DNA of 64,000 bases from Methanobacteriota archaeon (GCA_002687935.1 NZBN01000007.1:84383-148382), one strand, 5' to 3'; positions 27,331-41,249 are shown, numbered from the stretch's first letter. The notes: generated by a model not told the origin, from the letters alone. Translations and numbers: made by a program.

Positions 27331-29082
27331 TTACTTCTTCCTTGCTATTTTTTCGGTTTCCTCAAGAATCGCTATATCAAAACCTGTCAAAATATCTGCC
27401 AGTTTCTCTCGCATTTCCCTTGCTTCACTCGGAGCCATTTTAACATAGAATTCATCTCCTTCAAAAATGTTCTTTCCGACAGATGCACCGTCTATCGATA
27501 CCGAAACTTGATCTCCAATTATTGCTTTTTGAACAGTATCTCCCTCTTTCTGCATTTCTTTTATTGTCCCAACAGTGATTCCGTCCTGGTTCATCAGCTC
27601 ACACTTAGGAGATATACTGCCTCCCAAGACTTCAAGACCAACAACTGCCGGCTTGTTCTGCCTGAATATCATACCTTTCATAAATTTGGCTTTTCCAGGG
27701 AGAGTCCTGTCTTTCAGAGCATTTTCCTTCCTTCTCTCTACTTCTTCCTTCTCCCATTCCTTATAATCATCAATGAGACTGTAAACTACTCCTCCCTCAA
27801 ATACCTTTATTCCAAAGTCATAAACATCTTTATCGACTCCTGGAAGCAGTTTGACATTAAAGGCAAATATAACTGCATTTGCAGGACTCTCTTCCTTCAA
27901 TGCAGCAACTTCTGTTATATCTTTCTTGGAAATTGCCCCGACTTCTGCCTTCCTCACTGATATTCCTCCTTCTGTCAGAAGTCGCACAAGAGCTTCCAAT
28001 GAACCAAGTGTATCTGCCTTAACGAATGCTCCGGTTTCTCCTGTTTCAATCTGAATCTCTTCCAACTCAGACTTCACCAGATTTTTCATCTCTTCAATTC
28101 CCTCTTCATCTCGGGCTGCGTATACTGGTGAACCTGCAATTACATCTTCAAGCCCTGGTGCCGAAATTTTTACTCCTATTGCGGCTGTGACTTGGTCAAC
28201 TGATTTGAATTTTTTCTCAACTCTGAGTTCTGCAAGAGGATTTGGGAGGAAAATTGCCTTAGTATTTGTAACTAAAGGCTCGTCAAGAGTTCCGACAACA
28301 ATTTTGTCCCCTTTCTTTAAAGTTCCGTCATAAAGTATGACGTCCATAGTCGTTCCGAGCCCTTCAGACTGCTTGACTTCTAGAACTGAGCCCTTGGCAG
28401 GCCTGTCTTTATGAACTTCCAACTGTTCTTCCATATACCTCTGAACCAAACCAACAAGGACCATAAGAATTTCCTTCAATCCCTCTCCTGTTTTTGCGCT
28501 GAAAGGAACTATTGCCACCTGCTTTGCAAAATCATTTACTCTGTCATATCGTTCCGAGCTTATGTCAGCTTTGTAGAGATTTTCAACCAAGGAGTAAAGT
28601 TTCATATCAAGATTCTGCTGAACATCTTCCTGCTGACTCTTGAATGAATCCATAAAATTCTTCTCGGGCTGACTGTTCCATCTTGGGATTAGGTCAACCT
28701 TATTCGCGGCGACTAGGAATGGCGTTTTATAAGATTTCAGAATGCTTAGCGCCTCGTGAGTCTGGGGTTTGAAGCCCTCATTTACATCGACTACGAGAAT
28801 TCCCATGTCTGATATTGAGCCTCCTCTCTTCCTGAGGTTCGTAAAAGCGGCGTGCCCCGGTGTATCTATAAACAGGAGTCCCGGAGTTTTCAGTCCATCA
28901 TCTTTAAGCAGATTTCCACAGAGTTTCTTTACAACTTCCATCGGAACTTCTGTTGCGCCGATGTGCTGCGTTATTCCTCCTGCTTCCTTTTCTGTTATAG
29001 CTGAGCCTCTAATCTTGTCTAGAAGTGATGTCTTTCCGTGGTCTATATGGCCAAGCACCGAAACTATTGGTTGTCTAATCAT
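27331..29082 (-). CDS. infB: Translation initiation factor IF-2 / aIF5B
   Basis: RQPIVSVLGHIDHGKT, ITQHIGA, DTPGHAAF, NKVD, DTLGSLEAL; no intein. Confidence 0.97.
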   Translation of the reverse strand: MIRQPIVSVLGHIDHGKTSLLDKIRGSAITEKEAGGITQHIGATEVPMEVVKKLCGNLLKDDGLKTPGLLFIDTPGHAAFTNLRKRGGSISDMGILVVDVNEGFKPQTHEALSILKSYKTPFLVAANKVDLIPRWNSQPEKNFMDSFKSQQEDVQQNLDMKLYSLVENLYKADISSERYDRVNDFAKQVAIVPFSAKTGEGLKEILMVLVGLVQRYMEEQLEVHKDRPAKGSVLEVKQSEGLGTTMDVILYDGTLKKGDKIVVGTLDEPLVTNTKAIFLPNPLAELRVEKKFKSVDQVTAAIGVKISAPGLEDVIAGSPVYAARDEEGIEEMKNLVKSELEEIQIETGETGAFVKADTLGSLEALVRLLTEGGISVRKAEVGAISKKDITEVAALKEESPANAVIFAFNVKLLPGVDKDVYDFGIKVFEGGVVYSLIDDYKEWEKEEVERRKENALKDRTLPGKAKFMKGMIFRQNKPAVVGLEVLGGSISPKCELMNQDGITVGTIKEMQKEGDTVQKAIIGDQVSVSIDGASVGKNIFEGDEFYVKMAPSEAREMREKLADILTGFDIAILEETEKIARKK

Positions 29083-29163
29083 TTTACAAATCTCCTTTTC
29101 TACTGGTTTACTGGCTTAATAACCTTTATTAAAGCTTATATAGTGACAAACTCACTCCTATAT

Positions 29164-29509
29164 TGCGAGGAGCAGAAGGGCAACTAACCCGAATGGTCTA
29201 ACTATTTGGGAGGAAAATCTTCCACCTTCAGCAATGCAGTCAGAAATGACAGTCGCGAGAGCGGCTATCGCAGTCACAGAAACGAACGCCCCTGGGTTAA
29301 TGCAATGACGCCTACAGCAGAGGTCGCACAGGGATACGGTGAAACGAGCTGCGGATGCGCGGGTGCAAGCCAAAAGTATTCCATTGACATGCTGATGAGG
29401 AATACGGTTCGGCGCTTAGTAGAATGTTGCCTGCTCCGTCAAAGGAGCCCGGTTGGCTAATTACAAATCATCCGGATAACAGAAGGAGATTTACTCTCTG
29501 CACCTCGCA
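29164..29509 (+). ncRNA. rnpB: RNase P RNA, archaeal type A
   Basis: P1 TGCGAGG/CCTCGCA; GAGGAAAATC, ACAGAAAC, GTGAAAC, GGTGCAAG and AACAGAAGG conserved regions; P8 GTCA-GAAA-TGAC; P6 TCAGC/GCTGA; TATA box at about 29136-29143. Confidence 0.93.
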
Positions 29510-29564
29510 TCTTACTTTTCCCAGTCTGCGGATTCTTTTTATAGTCCTTCTTACTAGATGTTCT

Positions 29565-29915
29565 ATGGGAGATTGGCAGGAACTGAAGAAGAAAGTAGAT
29601 GAATTTATAAAAGTGCGTGACTGGGGACAGTTCCACAATCCAAAAGATATAGCTGTGTCAATTTCAATTGAGGCGGCCGAGCTTCTTGAGAATTTCCAAT
29701 GGGTAAGGTCTGACGATGTTGAAGCACATCTTGGAAACGGCAAGCTTGCTGAAGTCAAGGACGAACTCGCAGATGTGATTATTTATTGCCTGAGTATGGC
29801 ATCCGCACTTGATGTTGATTTAGAGGCATCAGTTCTTGAGAAGCTCAGGAAAAACGGGGAGAAATATCCTGTAGATAAGTCTAAGGGCAGTTACAAAAAA
29901 TATAATGAGTTATAG
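29565..29915 (+). CDS. MazG-like nucleotide pyrophosphohydrolase
   Basis: RDWGQFHNPKD...EAAELLE..QW...DELADV...KN..KYP. Start moved to ATG 29565. Confidence 0.88.
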   Translation: MGDWQELKKKVDEFIKVRDWGQFHNPKDIAVSISIEAAELLENFQWVRSDDVEAHLGNGKLAEVKDELADVIIYCLSMASALDVDLEASVLEKLRKNGEKYPVDKSKGSYKKYNEL

Positions 29916-30094
29916 TGCAAAAATTCTCTCTGCAGTTAAATACTCAGTTGTTTTTAATCCGTTCTGATTTTAATCATAAGAAATAGTTATATTTGGGCTA
30001 TCTAAGTATCTCTAGATGAATTAAGAAAGATTATAGCTCGCGCTATTTTTTATAAAAATAAAGAGCATAACGGCCCTGCACAACAAAGAATTTG

Positions 30095-33052
<2,958 letters not shown>

Positions 33053-33197
33053 CAAGTCTTTCTTTGTTGCGCAGGACCTATATTATGCACGCAGCAATTG
33101 CTGCTCTTAGCATAAGGACCCTTCATCGGAGAGAGGGATCTATCCATCTCCTGGGTGCCTCTTAGCTCCTCGACACTTGTCTTGGAGCCGCACTACA

Positions 33198-33272
33198 TGG
33201 ACTCGGCGTGATTTGAACACGCGGCCTCCTGCTTGCAAAGCAGGCGCTCTAGCCGGGCTGAGCTACGAGCCC
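33198..33272 (-). tRNA. tRNA-Ala(TGC) in the 16S-23S spacer
   Basis: GGGCTCG/CGAGTCC acceptor with G3:U70; anticodon loop TTTGCAA. Confidence 0.96.
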
Positions 33273-33310
33273 TTTATCCGGCTTGTTCCGACCACACGAG
33301 CCGGTTATTT

Positions 33311-34858
<1,548 letters not shown>

Positions 34859-35082
34859 ATCAGATACCAATACTAAGTATTAGTCCTCATGATAAGCAAG
34901 CTACAATAAACTGTCTAAGGAAGTATAGATTCGATCACTCCTCCCAAAGCAATCATTGCAGCCGCTATCTATTTAGCCATACTTTGTAGAGGGCTAAGCT
35001 CAAATTAAATTGAGCGACTTATTGAATGCCCGAGCCACTATATATAGTTTATTAGAATTTTCCAAATTTCCTTAAAATAAAA

Positions 35083-35213
35083 TGCGGGGAGTAGGATTCG
35101 AACCTACGAAGGCACTAAGCCACATGGTGTCTTATCATCACGTCCTGCGACGTTCATCGCTCAAGACTGTGTGATCTTGAGCCATGCCCATTTGACCGCT
35201 CTGGAATCCCCGC
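35083..35213 (-). tRNA. tRNA-Leu(CAA) with 47-nt intron at 37/38 (intron 35129-35175)
   Basis: GCGGGGA/TCCCCGC acceptor, CATGG/CCATG anticodon stem, long variable arm; intron folds as a hairpin. Confidence 0.92.
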
Positions 35214-35248
35214 ATCGGCAAGTTTCACTTCTTTTCGGTAACTTGCAA

Positions 35249-35320
35249 TGCGCCGACCGGGACTCGAACCCGGGTTACGAGCTTGGAAGGCTCGGGTCAT
35301 AGCCACTAGACCACCGGCGC
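35249..35320 (-). tRNA. tRNA-Gly(TCC)
   Basis: GCGCCGG acceptor; CGAGC-CTTCCAA-GCTCG anticodon arm. Confidence 0.96.
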
Positions 35321-35367
35321 ATAAGTGTTTCTTTTGAAACAATCTTCAAGAAGCTATTAAAGAGTTT

Positions 35368-35760
35368 CTATTCTCTAGTGTTTCCAAACTCTTCCAGAAT
35401 CTTGTCAAGGTCCAAGCCCTCTTCATGATTCAGAGAAAGTGGCATCTTTCCGTAATAGGGAATAAGATGTACATGTGTGTGCGGAACTTCTTCACCCATC
35501 AGAAGAACAAAAATCTTCTCAGCTCCGAAAGATTCCTTCATTTTCTTTCCGACTTCTTGGACAGCTCCGAAAAGCTCCTTCTCAGAGTCCCTTGCCATAT
35601 CCAAAAAACTCTCAGAATGTTCCTTCGGTATAACAAGCGCGTGTCCCCTGGAAGCCGGTCGGATATCCAAAAATGCAATGTGGCTCCCATCCTCCCACAG
35701 CCGCTTTGCCGGTATGTCACCGGCTGCAATCTTACAGAATATGCAGTTTTCAGTAGCCAT
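35368..35760 (-). CDS. HIT family hydrolase
   Basis: CIFCKI, FLDIRP, GHALVIPKEH, HTHVHLIP triad. Confidence 0.94.
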   Translation of the reverse strand: MATENCIFCKIAAGDIPAKRLWEDGSHIAFLDIRPASRGHALVIPKEHSESFLDMARDSEKELFGAVQEVGKKMKESFGAEKIFVLLMGEEVPHTHVHLIPYYGKMPLSLNHEEGLDLDKILEEFGNTRE

Positions 35761-35859
35761 TCTGGAAACTCTTAGAGTTCTCTGTCATTTAAAAAGCTTT
35801 CTTTTTCCCCAGTTTCGCGGGATTCGTGTTAAATAGCTTTTCTTGACATTAATAATATT

Positions 35860-38052
35860 ATGAAAATAGTGATGAGTTTCAAAAAGTTTTTCACCATCTC
35901 TCTAATCCTTCTTGCTGTTTCAGTCGCTGGTTGCACAGGAAGTTTTGACAATCTTCCTTACAATATCAGCTCAACGGACTATGCAAATCTCTCTGGAATA
36001 ATAGAAGATAATCTAAACCAACTTTCTTGTGTCAACCAGACTGCGTCGGCGAGCTCGACAGGTTCAGTCATAAATGGACGAGTAAAAGTGGAGATAAGCC
36101 ACGATCTTTTCTTCAATGGACAGAATGTAAACAGCAAATTTATGTATCTCATCGACAGCAAGAGAACTCCTGAAAAATTCTTCCCAAAATACAGTGACTT
36201 TGTTCCAGATATCTTTGGAACTTACTATCTCTATGTTGATACTACAACAGGCAGGATTTACACAAGCCCTACAATAAATATAACGGTCGATGAGGAGTTG
36301 CATGATGGGTTTTTCACAGATTCCGATTGGCGCTGGCTTTATTCAGCAGTAACAAAGTGCTATGACTATAGCCTCGTCAATTCTAATGTTTGCTCTAGTC
36401 TCAGTATTGAGAAATTTGCTGAGTCCATAGAAGGAAATAATTATATCCGTGATGCGCAGTGTCTTACAGACCAGAAAAACCGTCACTGGTGGAGTCAGAT
36501 GAATCTTATTTATGACGGAAAGGTCCGTTCTGACCCAGAGTCTTCTGAAGAAGCCATTCTTGTTGAGGGGTCACCGGCCGAAGAAAATCTGACTTTCGAG
36601 GGTTTCAATGGCTCTGAAAGATGCTGGTCGGATTCAAGCTGTCCTTGGAATCAGGAATGTTATGGCGGTCTCTTTTCTATGCCTCCGGGGCGGGGTGTTT
36701 GCAGAGATATAGACTGCCCTGATGGAAAGATAAAGAATAATAAATGCGTTCCAAATGTTTGCCAGGTAAACAGTGATTGTACTTCAGGCTATCGCTGTGA
36801 AAGCGAAAGCAACAAATGCGTTCCAAATTCAGACTGTACGATTGTTCATGACAGCGGTCTTGGTCTTGGAAAGCTGGATATAACTTTCATAGGTGCTGGT
36901 TTCAATAGCATATCGGATGTCCATCAACTTGCCGAAGGGCTTGCTGGTAGCACCCGTGGAAGAAAAAGGACTGGCATTCTCAGAAGCAGTCCTTTCAACA
37001 AATACTCTGACAAAATTAACATAAGAGTTGCCAACCAACAGTCCGTGCTTGACGCAGGAACTACAGACATGTTTAGAAACACACCAAGATTCAAAAGAAA
37101 TAATATTAATAAAGAGAAAAGACTCTGCCCAGAAAATGATGTCGTTATCACATTAGTTGACAAAAATCTGGCGGCTGAAAATGATGTTTCTATTGCTCAC
37201 TGCAGCGGACCTACAATGGATACCTGCTTTATTCCTGTAGCCGGAACACATGCAAGTAGTAATGATATCGGGGCAACTCTACATGAACTTGGTCACGCCT
37301 TTGCTCACCTTGCCGAAGAATATGAATTTACTGAAAAATCATGGTATTTACCTTCAGGAATTTCTACAGCAAAGCCAAACTGTGCTCCTGATTTGGATGT
37401 CGCTGAAAACTGGTGGGGGGAGCTGGCAGAAAAATATCCGGCAGAGGTTGGATACTATATTGGGTGTGGTTACGGGGATGAAAATGTCCGACCTCACAGA
37501 ATATCTGTTATGCGTGACTTCAGAAGGACACACTCATATGGGCTTGTCAATGAACTGGAGATAGAAAAAACATTTGACAGATATTCACACTTTGAACCTC
37601 CGATTGTCAGATTGGCATTGAATCAGATTCATGTACCTTTTGGAATTGGAGGGCCAGAAAATGATAGGACTGTTGCTCATGGTAATGAAAAAAGCAGAAA
37701 ACGGCAGATGAAACCACGGGAGGAGAAAAATTACTTTGATCATCTCAAGAATAAATTGAGTGCCATGATTGCGGTGGATGAAAAATCAGAAAGGAAGAGA
37801 GGGAATCGGGGTAGTAAGGGTGGAAGAAATGGAAGAAAAAGTTCAGACCTGAACTACTTTGAGAAATTCAGGAAAAGCATTGACAAAGTGTTCGAACCCG
37901 ATGCACCACCTCGCCGAGGAAAACGTGCCAGAGGTAGTGAAATAGACAGAATGCTCGAGCCAAAACAGGACAAGGGTCTGAATAAACTTCTTGATAAGGT
38001 AAAGAGGGACTTCGAAAATCTTCAGAATATAATCACGAAACAAAATACCTAA
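35860..38052 (+). CDS. Lipoprotein zinc metallopeptidase, M64-like, with Cys-rich repeats and basic C-terminal tail
   Basis: Lipobox VAGC; CxxDxxC repeats; FIGAGF, HELGHAFAHLAEEY, PNC, RP...SVMR motifs. Confidence 0.72.
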   Translation: MKIVMSFKKFFTISLILLAVSVAGCTGSFDNLPYNISSTDYANLSGIIEDNLNQLSCVNQTASASSTGSVINGRVKVEISHDLFFNGQNVNSKFMYLIDSKRTPEKFFPKYSDFVPDIFGTYYLYVDTTTGRIYTSPTINITVDEELHDGFFTDSDWRWLYSAVTKCYDYSLVNSNVCSSLSIEKFAESIEGNNYIRDAQCLTDQKNRHWWSQMNLIYDGKVRSDPESSEEAILVEGSPAEENLTFEGFNGSERCWSDSSCPWNQECYGGLFSMPPGRGVCRDIDCPDGKIKNNKCVPNVCQVNSDCTSGYRCESESNKCVPNSDCTIVHDSGLGLGKLDITFIGAGFNSISDVHQLAEGLAGSTRGRKRTGILRSSPFNKYSDKINIRVANQQSVLDAGTTDMFRNTPRFKRNNINKEKRLCPENDVVITLVDKNLAAENDVSIAHCSGPTMDTCFIPVAGTHASSNDIGATLHELGHAFAHLAEEYEFTEKSWYLPSGISTAKPNCAPDLDVAENWWGELAEKYPAEVGYYIGCGYGDENVRPHRISVMRDFRRTHSYGLVNELEIEKTFDRYSHFEPPIVRLALNQIHVPFGIGGPENDRTVAHGNEKSRKRQMKPREEKNYFDHLKNKLSAMIAVDEKSERKRGNRGSKGGRNGRKSSDLNYFEKFRKSIDKVFEPDAPPRRGKRARGSEIDRMLEPKQDKGLNKLLDKVKRDFENLQNIITKQNT

Positions 38053-38080
38053 CTATACTACTTCTTGTGATAGTATAGTT
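38051..38080. repeat. Perfect 10-bp inverted repeat AACTATACTA-N10-TAGTATAGTT
   Basis: Read directly; lies at the peptidase stop codon. Confidence 0.85.
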
Positions 38081-38105
38081 TCAACAGATACAGGAGAACA
38101 AAAAA

Positions 38106-38657
38106 ATGAAAAAAACAATTGCTGTAATGCTTGCGTTCCTTTTGCTTTCAATTGGAGCCTATGCACAAACTGAGACTGGTCTGCGTTATGTGACTGATCT
38201 CAAAATCGACCCTGCTAGTGGGGTATTTGAATACATAGACTTGGATGTTGTTCCAGGAAGTGGGATAAGTGAGGCTTCTGAAGAGAGCGGTCTTGTTGTT
38301 TCCTTACACGATTATGAAGATACACTTCTCTACTATGCGTATTTCCCTGTCGATTTGAGCGGCTCTGAGGATGTATATCTTCCAATAACTCTACCTTATT
38401 TTTACGAGGGAGCTTGGCTGGATGTATATCTTCCTAATGGCACACAGTCTCATTCAATTGATGTTCGAAACTTTGCCCAGTGCAACCAGAACGCTGTTTG
38501 CGACGACAATGAATTCTTCGAAACTTGCCCATCCGACTGCGCTCTTGAGAGTCAGTATCCACAGAAGAGTAACTGGATTTTGTATGCGGCTCTGGCAGGA
38601 TTGATTGGCTACGGAGCATTCAAGCTGTTCGGCAAGAAAAAACGTATTGTGAAATAA
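38106..38657 (+). CDS. Secreted, C-terminally anchored protein with Cys motif (CNQNAVC..E....CPSDC)
   Basis: AGGAG SD, signal peptide, C-terminal TM plus KKKR. Confidence 0.75.
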   Translation: MKKTIAVMLAFLLLSIGAYAQTETGLRYVTDLKIDPASGVFEYIDLDVVPGSGISEASEESGLVVSLHDYEDTLLYYAYFPVDLSGSEDVYLPITLPYFYEGAWLDVYLPNGTQSHSIDVRNFAQCNQNAVCDDNEFFETCPSDCALESQYPQKSNWILYAALAGLIGYGAFKLFGKKKRIVK

Positions 38658-38664
38658 AGGCTAG

Positions 38665-38738
38665 TGGACCCGGCGAGATTTGAACTCGCGGCTTCTACCA
38701 TGCCAGGGTAGCACTCTACCGAGCTGAGCTACGGGCCC
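38665..38738 (-). tRNA. tRNA-Ala(GGC)
   Basis: GGGCCCG/CGGGTCC with G3:U70; CTACC-CTGGCAT-GGTAG. Confidence 0.96.
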
Positions 38739-38829
38739 ATCGAATTGGATAAATGTGGCGACTCGTTATTAAAGCTTGCGCCAAAACAAAATCTTTAAAA
38801 CGGGGTGGAAACATCAAGAAATCCTTAAT

Positions 38830-38904
38830 GCCCCGATAGTGTAGTCCGGCCAATCATACTAGGTTCTCATCCTGGTGACCTGGGTTCGAATCCCAGTCGG
38901 GGCG
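38830..38904 (+). tRNA. tRNA-Glu(CTC)
   Basis: GCCCCGA/TCGGGGC acceptor; CTAGG-TTCTCAT-CCTGG; TTCGAAT. Confidence 0.94.
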
Positions 38905-38913
38905 CTTGCTTCA

Positions 38914-39627
38914 TCAGCCGACTTCGTTCAGCTTCTTTTGAGTGTACTTCTTCCGGACTTTTGGAACTGTGTGCTTTTTCAGTTTTTCCAGATGTCCTGG
39001 GAACATTCTGTCCATTCCAAAGGCAACCAAAGATAGTCCGATAACAACAACAAGCAACCTTCCTATCCATTCTGTCATCAAGGTAGATATAATATCTTTA
39101 AATGTCAGGAGATTTTCCTGTGTTGCGAAGAACCCTGTAAAAAATATAGACATCCCAAGAAGAAGGTAAAGGAATCCTCTTGTTCTGTCTCCTATTATGC
39201 TGGCTCTTTCATAGAAAATTATAACATTTTTTCTTGTACTATGCAAACCAGAACCAGCGACCTCCTTAAGGTTTCCTATCTGGCTCCTGACTTTCGGGCT
39301 TTCCAGCGTAAAAGTAATCGGATTTTTATTTATTTTTCGTATATCTTTCTCTATCTTTGTACTGACTTCTTGGCTTACAGCCTCTCCCAGAGTTTCAAGA
39401 ACTTCTTCTACTTTCTTTTCCTGTATGTCTTTTGGGGTCTCAAGTTTTTCATATATCTCCCCTTCTTCAAGAACGGCTTTTACTGATTTTACTTCTCGAC
39501 GAGAAGCTGGACTTTTCACATCTTCAGCTTCTATAAGTTCAATTCCTGCCTCTTCAACAACTTTCTTTTTTGAATTTCGTTTCCCCCGTTTCGTTGGAAT
39601 TTTGATAGTCTTCTTTGTTTTGCTCAT
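38914..39627 (-). CDS. Hypothetical membrane protein (charged N-terminal domain, 2 TM)
   Basis: 237 aa, ATGA overlap with asnS; two hydrophobic helices near the C-terminus. Confidence 0.65.
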   Translation of the reverse strand: MSKTKKTIKIPTKRGKRNSKKKVVEEAGIELIEAEDVKSPASRREVKSVKAVLEEGEIYEKLETPKDIQEKKVEEVLETLGEAVSQEVSTKIEKDIRKINKNPITFTLESPKVRSQIGNLKEVAGSGLHSTRKNVIIFYERASIIGDRTRGFLYLLLGMSIFFTGFFATQENLLTFKDIISTLMTEWIGRLLVVVIGLSLVAFGMDRMFPGHLEKLKKHTVPKVRKKYTQKKLNEVG

Positions 39628-40913
39628 GGCGCATTCCTGTTAATTGTTCTTGGAAATGGTATAGTATCTCGTATATGTTCAAGTCCACATATCCACATTA
39701 CAAGCCTTTCAACACCCATTCCAAAACCTGCGTGAGGTACAGCTCCATACTTTCGTGTGTCGAAATACCAGTCATAGGTGCTCAAATCCTCTCCCTCTTC
39801 CTTCAGCACTTTTTTCATCGCATCAACATCAAGATCTCTTACTGAGCCGCCTATTAGCTCCCCAACTTCAGGTATTATTAAGTCAAAGCAAAGAGCAGTT
39901 CCTGGATTCTCCGGATCCTCAGGTTTGTAGAAGGCCATTATCTCCTTCGGGTAGTTTGTCACAAATACTGGCTTTTCAAAATGCTTTACGAGTTCTCGTT
40001 CTTCAAGAGTTCTCAGGTCTTTTCCGTACTTTACCTTCATCCCGTTCTTTGCCAGAATGTCCAGAGCTTCTTTGTAAGTTATTTTCGGGAAAGGTGCCTT
40101 CACCTTCTTCAGTTCAGCTGGGTCTTGTCCGAGCTCTTTTAACTCCTCAACATTTTTCCGTGCTACTTCCTGGCAGACATGCGAAACAAGCTCTTCTCCA
40201 TATTTCATTAGCTGGGGAAGATCACAATATATCGCTTCCATTTCGGCGTGCCAGTATTCAGTCAGATGGCGCGGAGTTCTCGACTTCTCAGCCCTGAAAC
40301 TCGGGGCTATTGTATAAAGCTTTTCAAGAGATGCCGTCAAAGCCTCAGAATATAGCTGCCAACTCTGGGTCAGGTAAACTGTATCTCCAAAATAGTCCAC
40401 CTTGAATAATGAGCTTCCTCCTTCGCATGCTGTCGGGGTCAGAACAGGAACTTGAGTCTCAAAGAAGTCATTTTTTCTGAAATAATCGTGTATAGCCCCA
40501 ACGACTGTTGAGCGTATTTTGAAAACATTGGTCAGCTTTCTTGACCTCACCCACAGATGTCTTACGTCTAAAAGGAATTCCTCACTCTTATCTCGCGAGA
40601 TTGGGAATGGAGCGGCCTTTCCAACTACTTCAAGATCTTTTACCTGAAGTTCATACCCTGTTGGTGCTCTCTCGTCTTTTCTTATTTTTCCGGAAACAAT
40701 AACTGAGGATTCCATCGTCGCATCCTCGGCAATCTTGAATAGCTTCTTGTCCTCAGCCTTTACAATTGCCTGTATTGTTCCACTTACATCTCTTATTACA
40801 AAAAACTTGAATTTATTGCTTCCACGTTCTCTGTGAACCCAACCTCTTATACTTACAATCTTTCCATCATTCTTCGCTGAAAGTGCCTCCCTAATCGGGA
40901 TAGTTTTCTTCAT
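39624..40913 (-). CDS. asnS: Asparagine--tRNA ligase
   Basis: N-terminal OB fold, LTQSWQLY, FRAEKS..RHLTEYWH, VPHAGFGMGVERL...FPR. Confidence 0.9.
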   Translation of the reverse strand: MKKTIPIREALSAKNDGKIVSIRGWVHRERGSNKFKFFVIRDVSGTIQAIVKAEDKKLFKIAEDATMESSVIVSGKIRKDERAPTGYELQVKDLEVVGKAAPFPISRDKSEEFLLDVRHLWVRSRKLTNVFKIRSTVVGAIHDYFRKNDFFETQVPVLTPTACEGGSSLFKVDYFGDTVYLTQSWQLYSEALTASLEKLYTIAPSFRAEKSRTPRHLTEYWHAEMEAIYCDLPQLMKYGEELVSHVCQEVARKNVEELKELGQDPAELKKVKAPFPKITYKEALDILAKNGMKVKYGKDLRTLEERELVKHFEKPVFVTNYPKEIMAFYKPEDPENPGTALCFDLIIPEVGELIGGSVRDLDVDAMKKVLKEEGEDLSTYDWYFDTRKYGAVPHAGFGMGVERLVMWICGLEHIRDTIPFPRTINRNAP

Positions 40914-41057
40914 ACTTGTTTATGAGGCGCCTTCATTTATTAAGCTTTAGGGAAATTTCCTAAAAAATAAGATTTTTTCCAAATAAAATAACAAGTTAAA
41001 GTATATTCTCCAGAACAACAATGGATATATAAATAGCTTCCTGATTAGAGAATTAGC

Positions 41058-41170
41058 CAACAGAAATAGAGCAAGTCTTTGCCAAACATCAGTTGCCGCT
41101 GATGTCTTGATTTGCTATGTTTCGAGTGTGAGTCGAATTATAGATAAGTCCTATTCAGGAGTTTATCCAT
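41058..41170 (+). ncRNA. Candidate structured RNA / long leader upstream of ftsZ (three hairpins)
   Basis: TATA at 41026-41033; stems ACATCAG/CTGATGT, TTCGA/TCGAA, GATAAGTCCT/AGGAGTTTATC. Confidence 0.35.
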
Positions 41171-41249
41171 TAAATTTTATTAATGAGTGGTTACACTCTG
41201 AGGTATATAAAGCCTTGTAACTACTCGCAAGTGAAATGGAGGGAAAAAC

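Noticed and set aside
29916-30094. 5S rRNA downstream of 23S
   Set aside because: Region is AT-rich with only a short hairpin; no 5S-like sequence.
35860-38738. Genomic island integrated at tRNA-Ala(GGC) or tRNA-Gly
   Set aside because: No duplicated tRNA 3' end (att) found by eye near 35760-35860, and no integrase.
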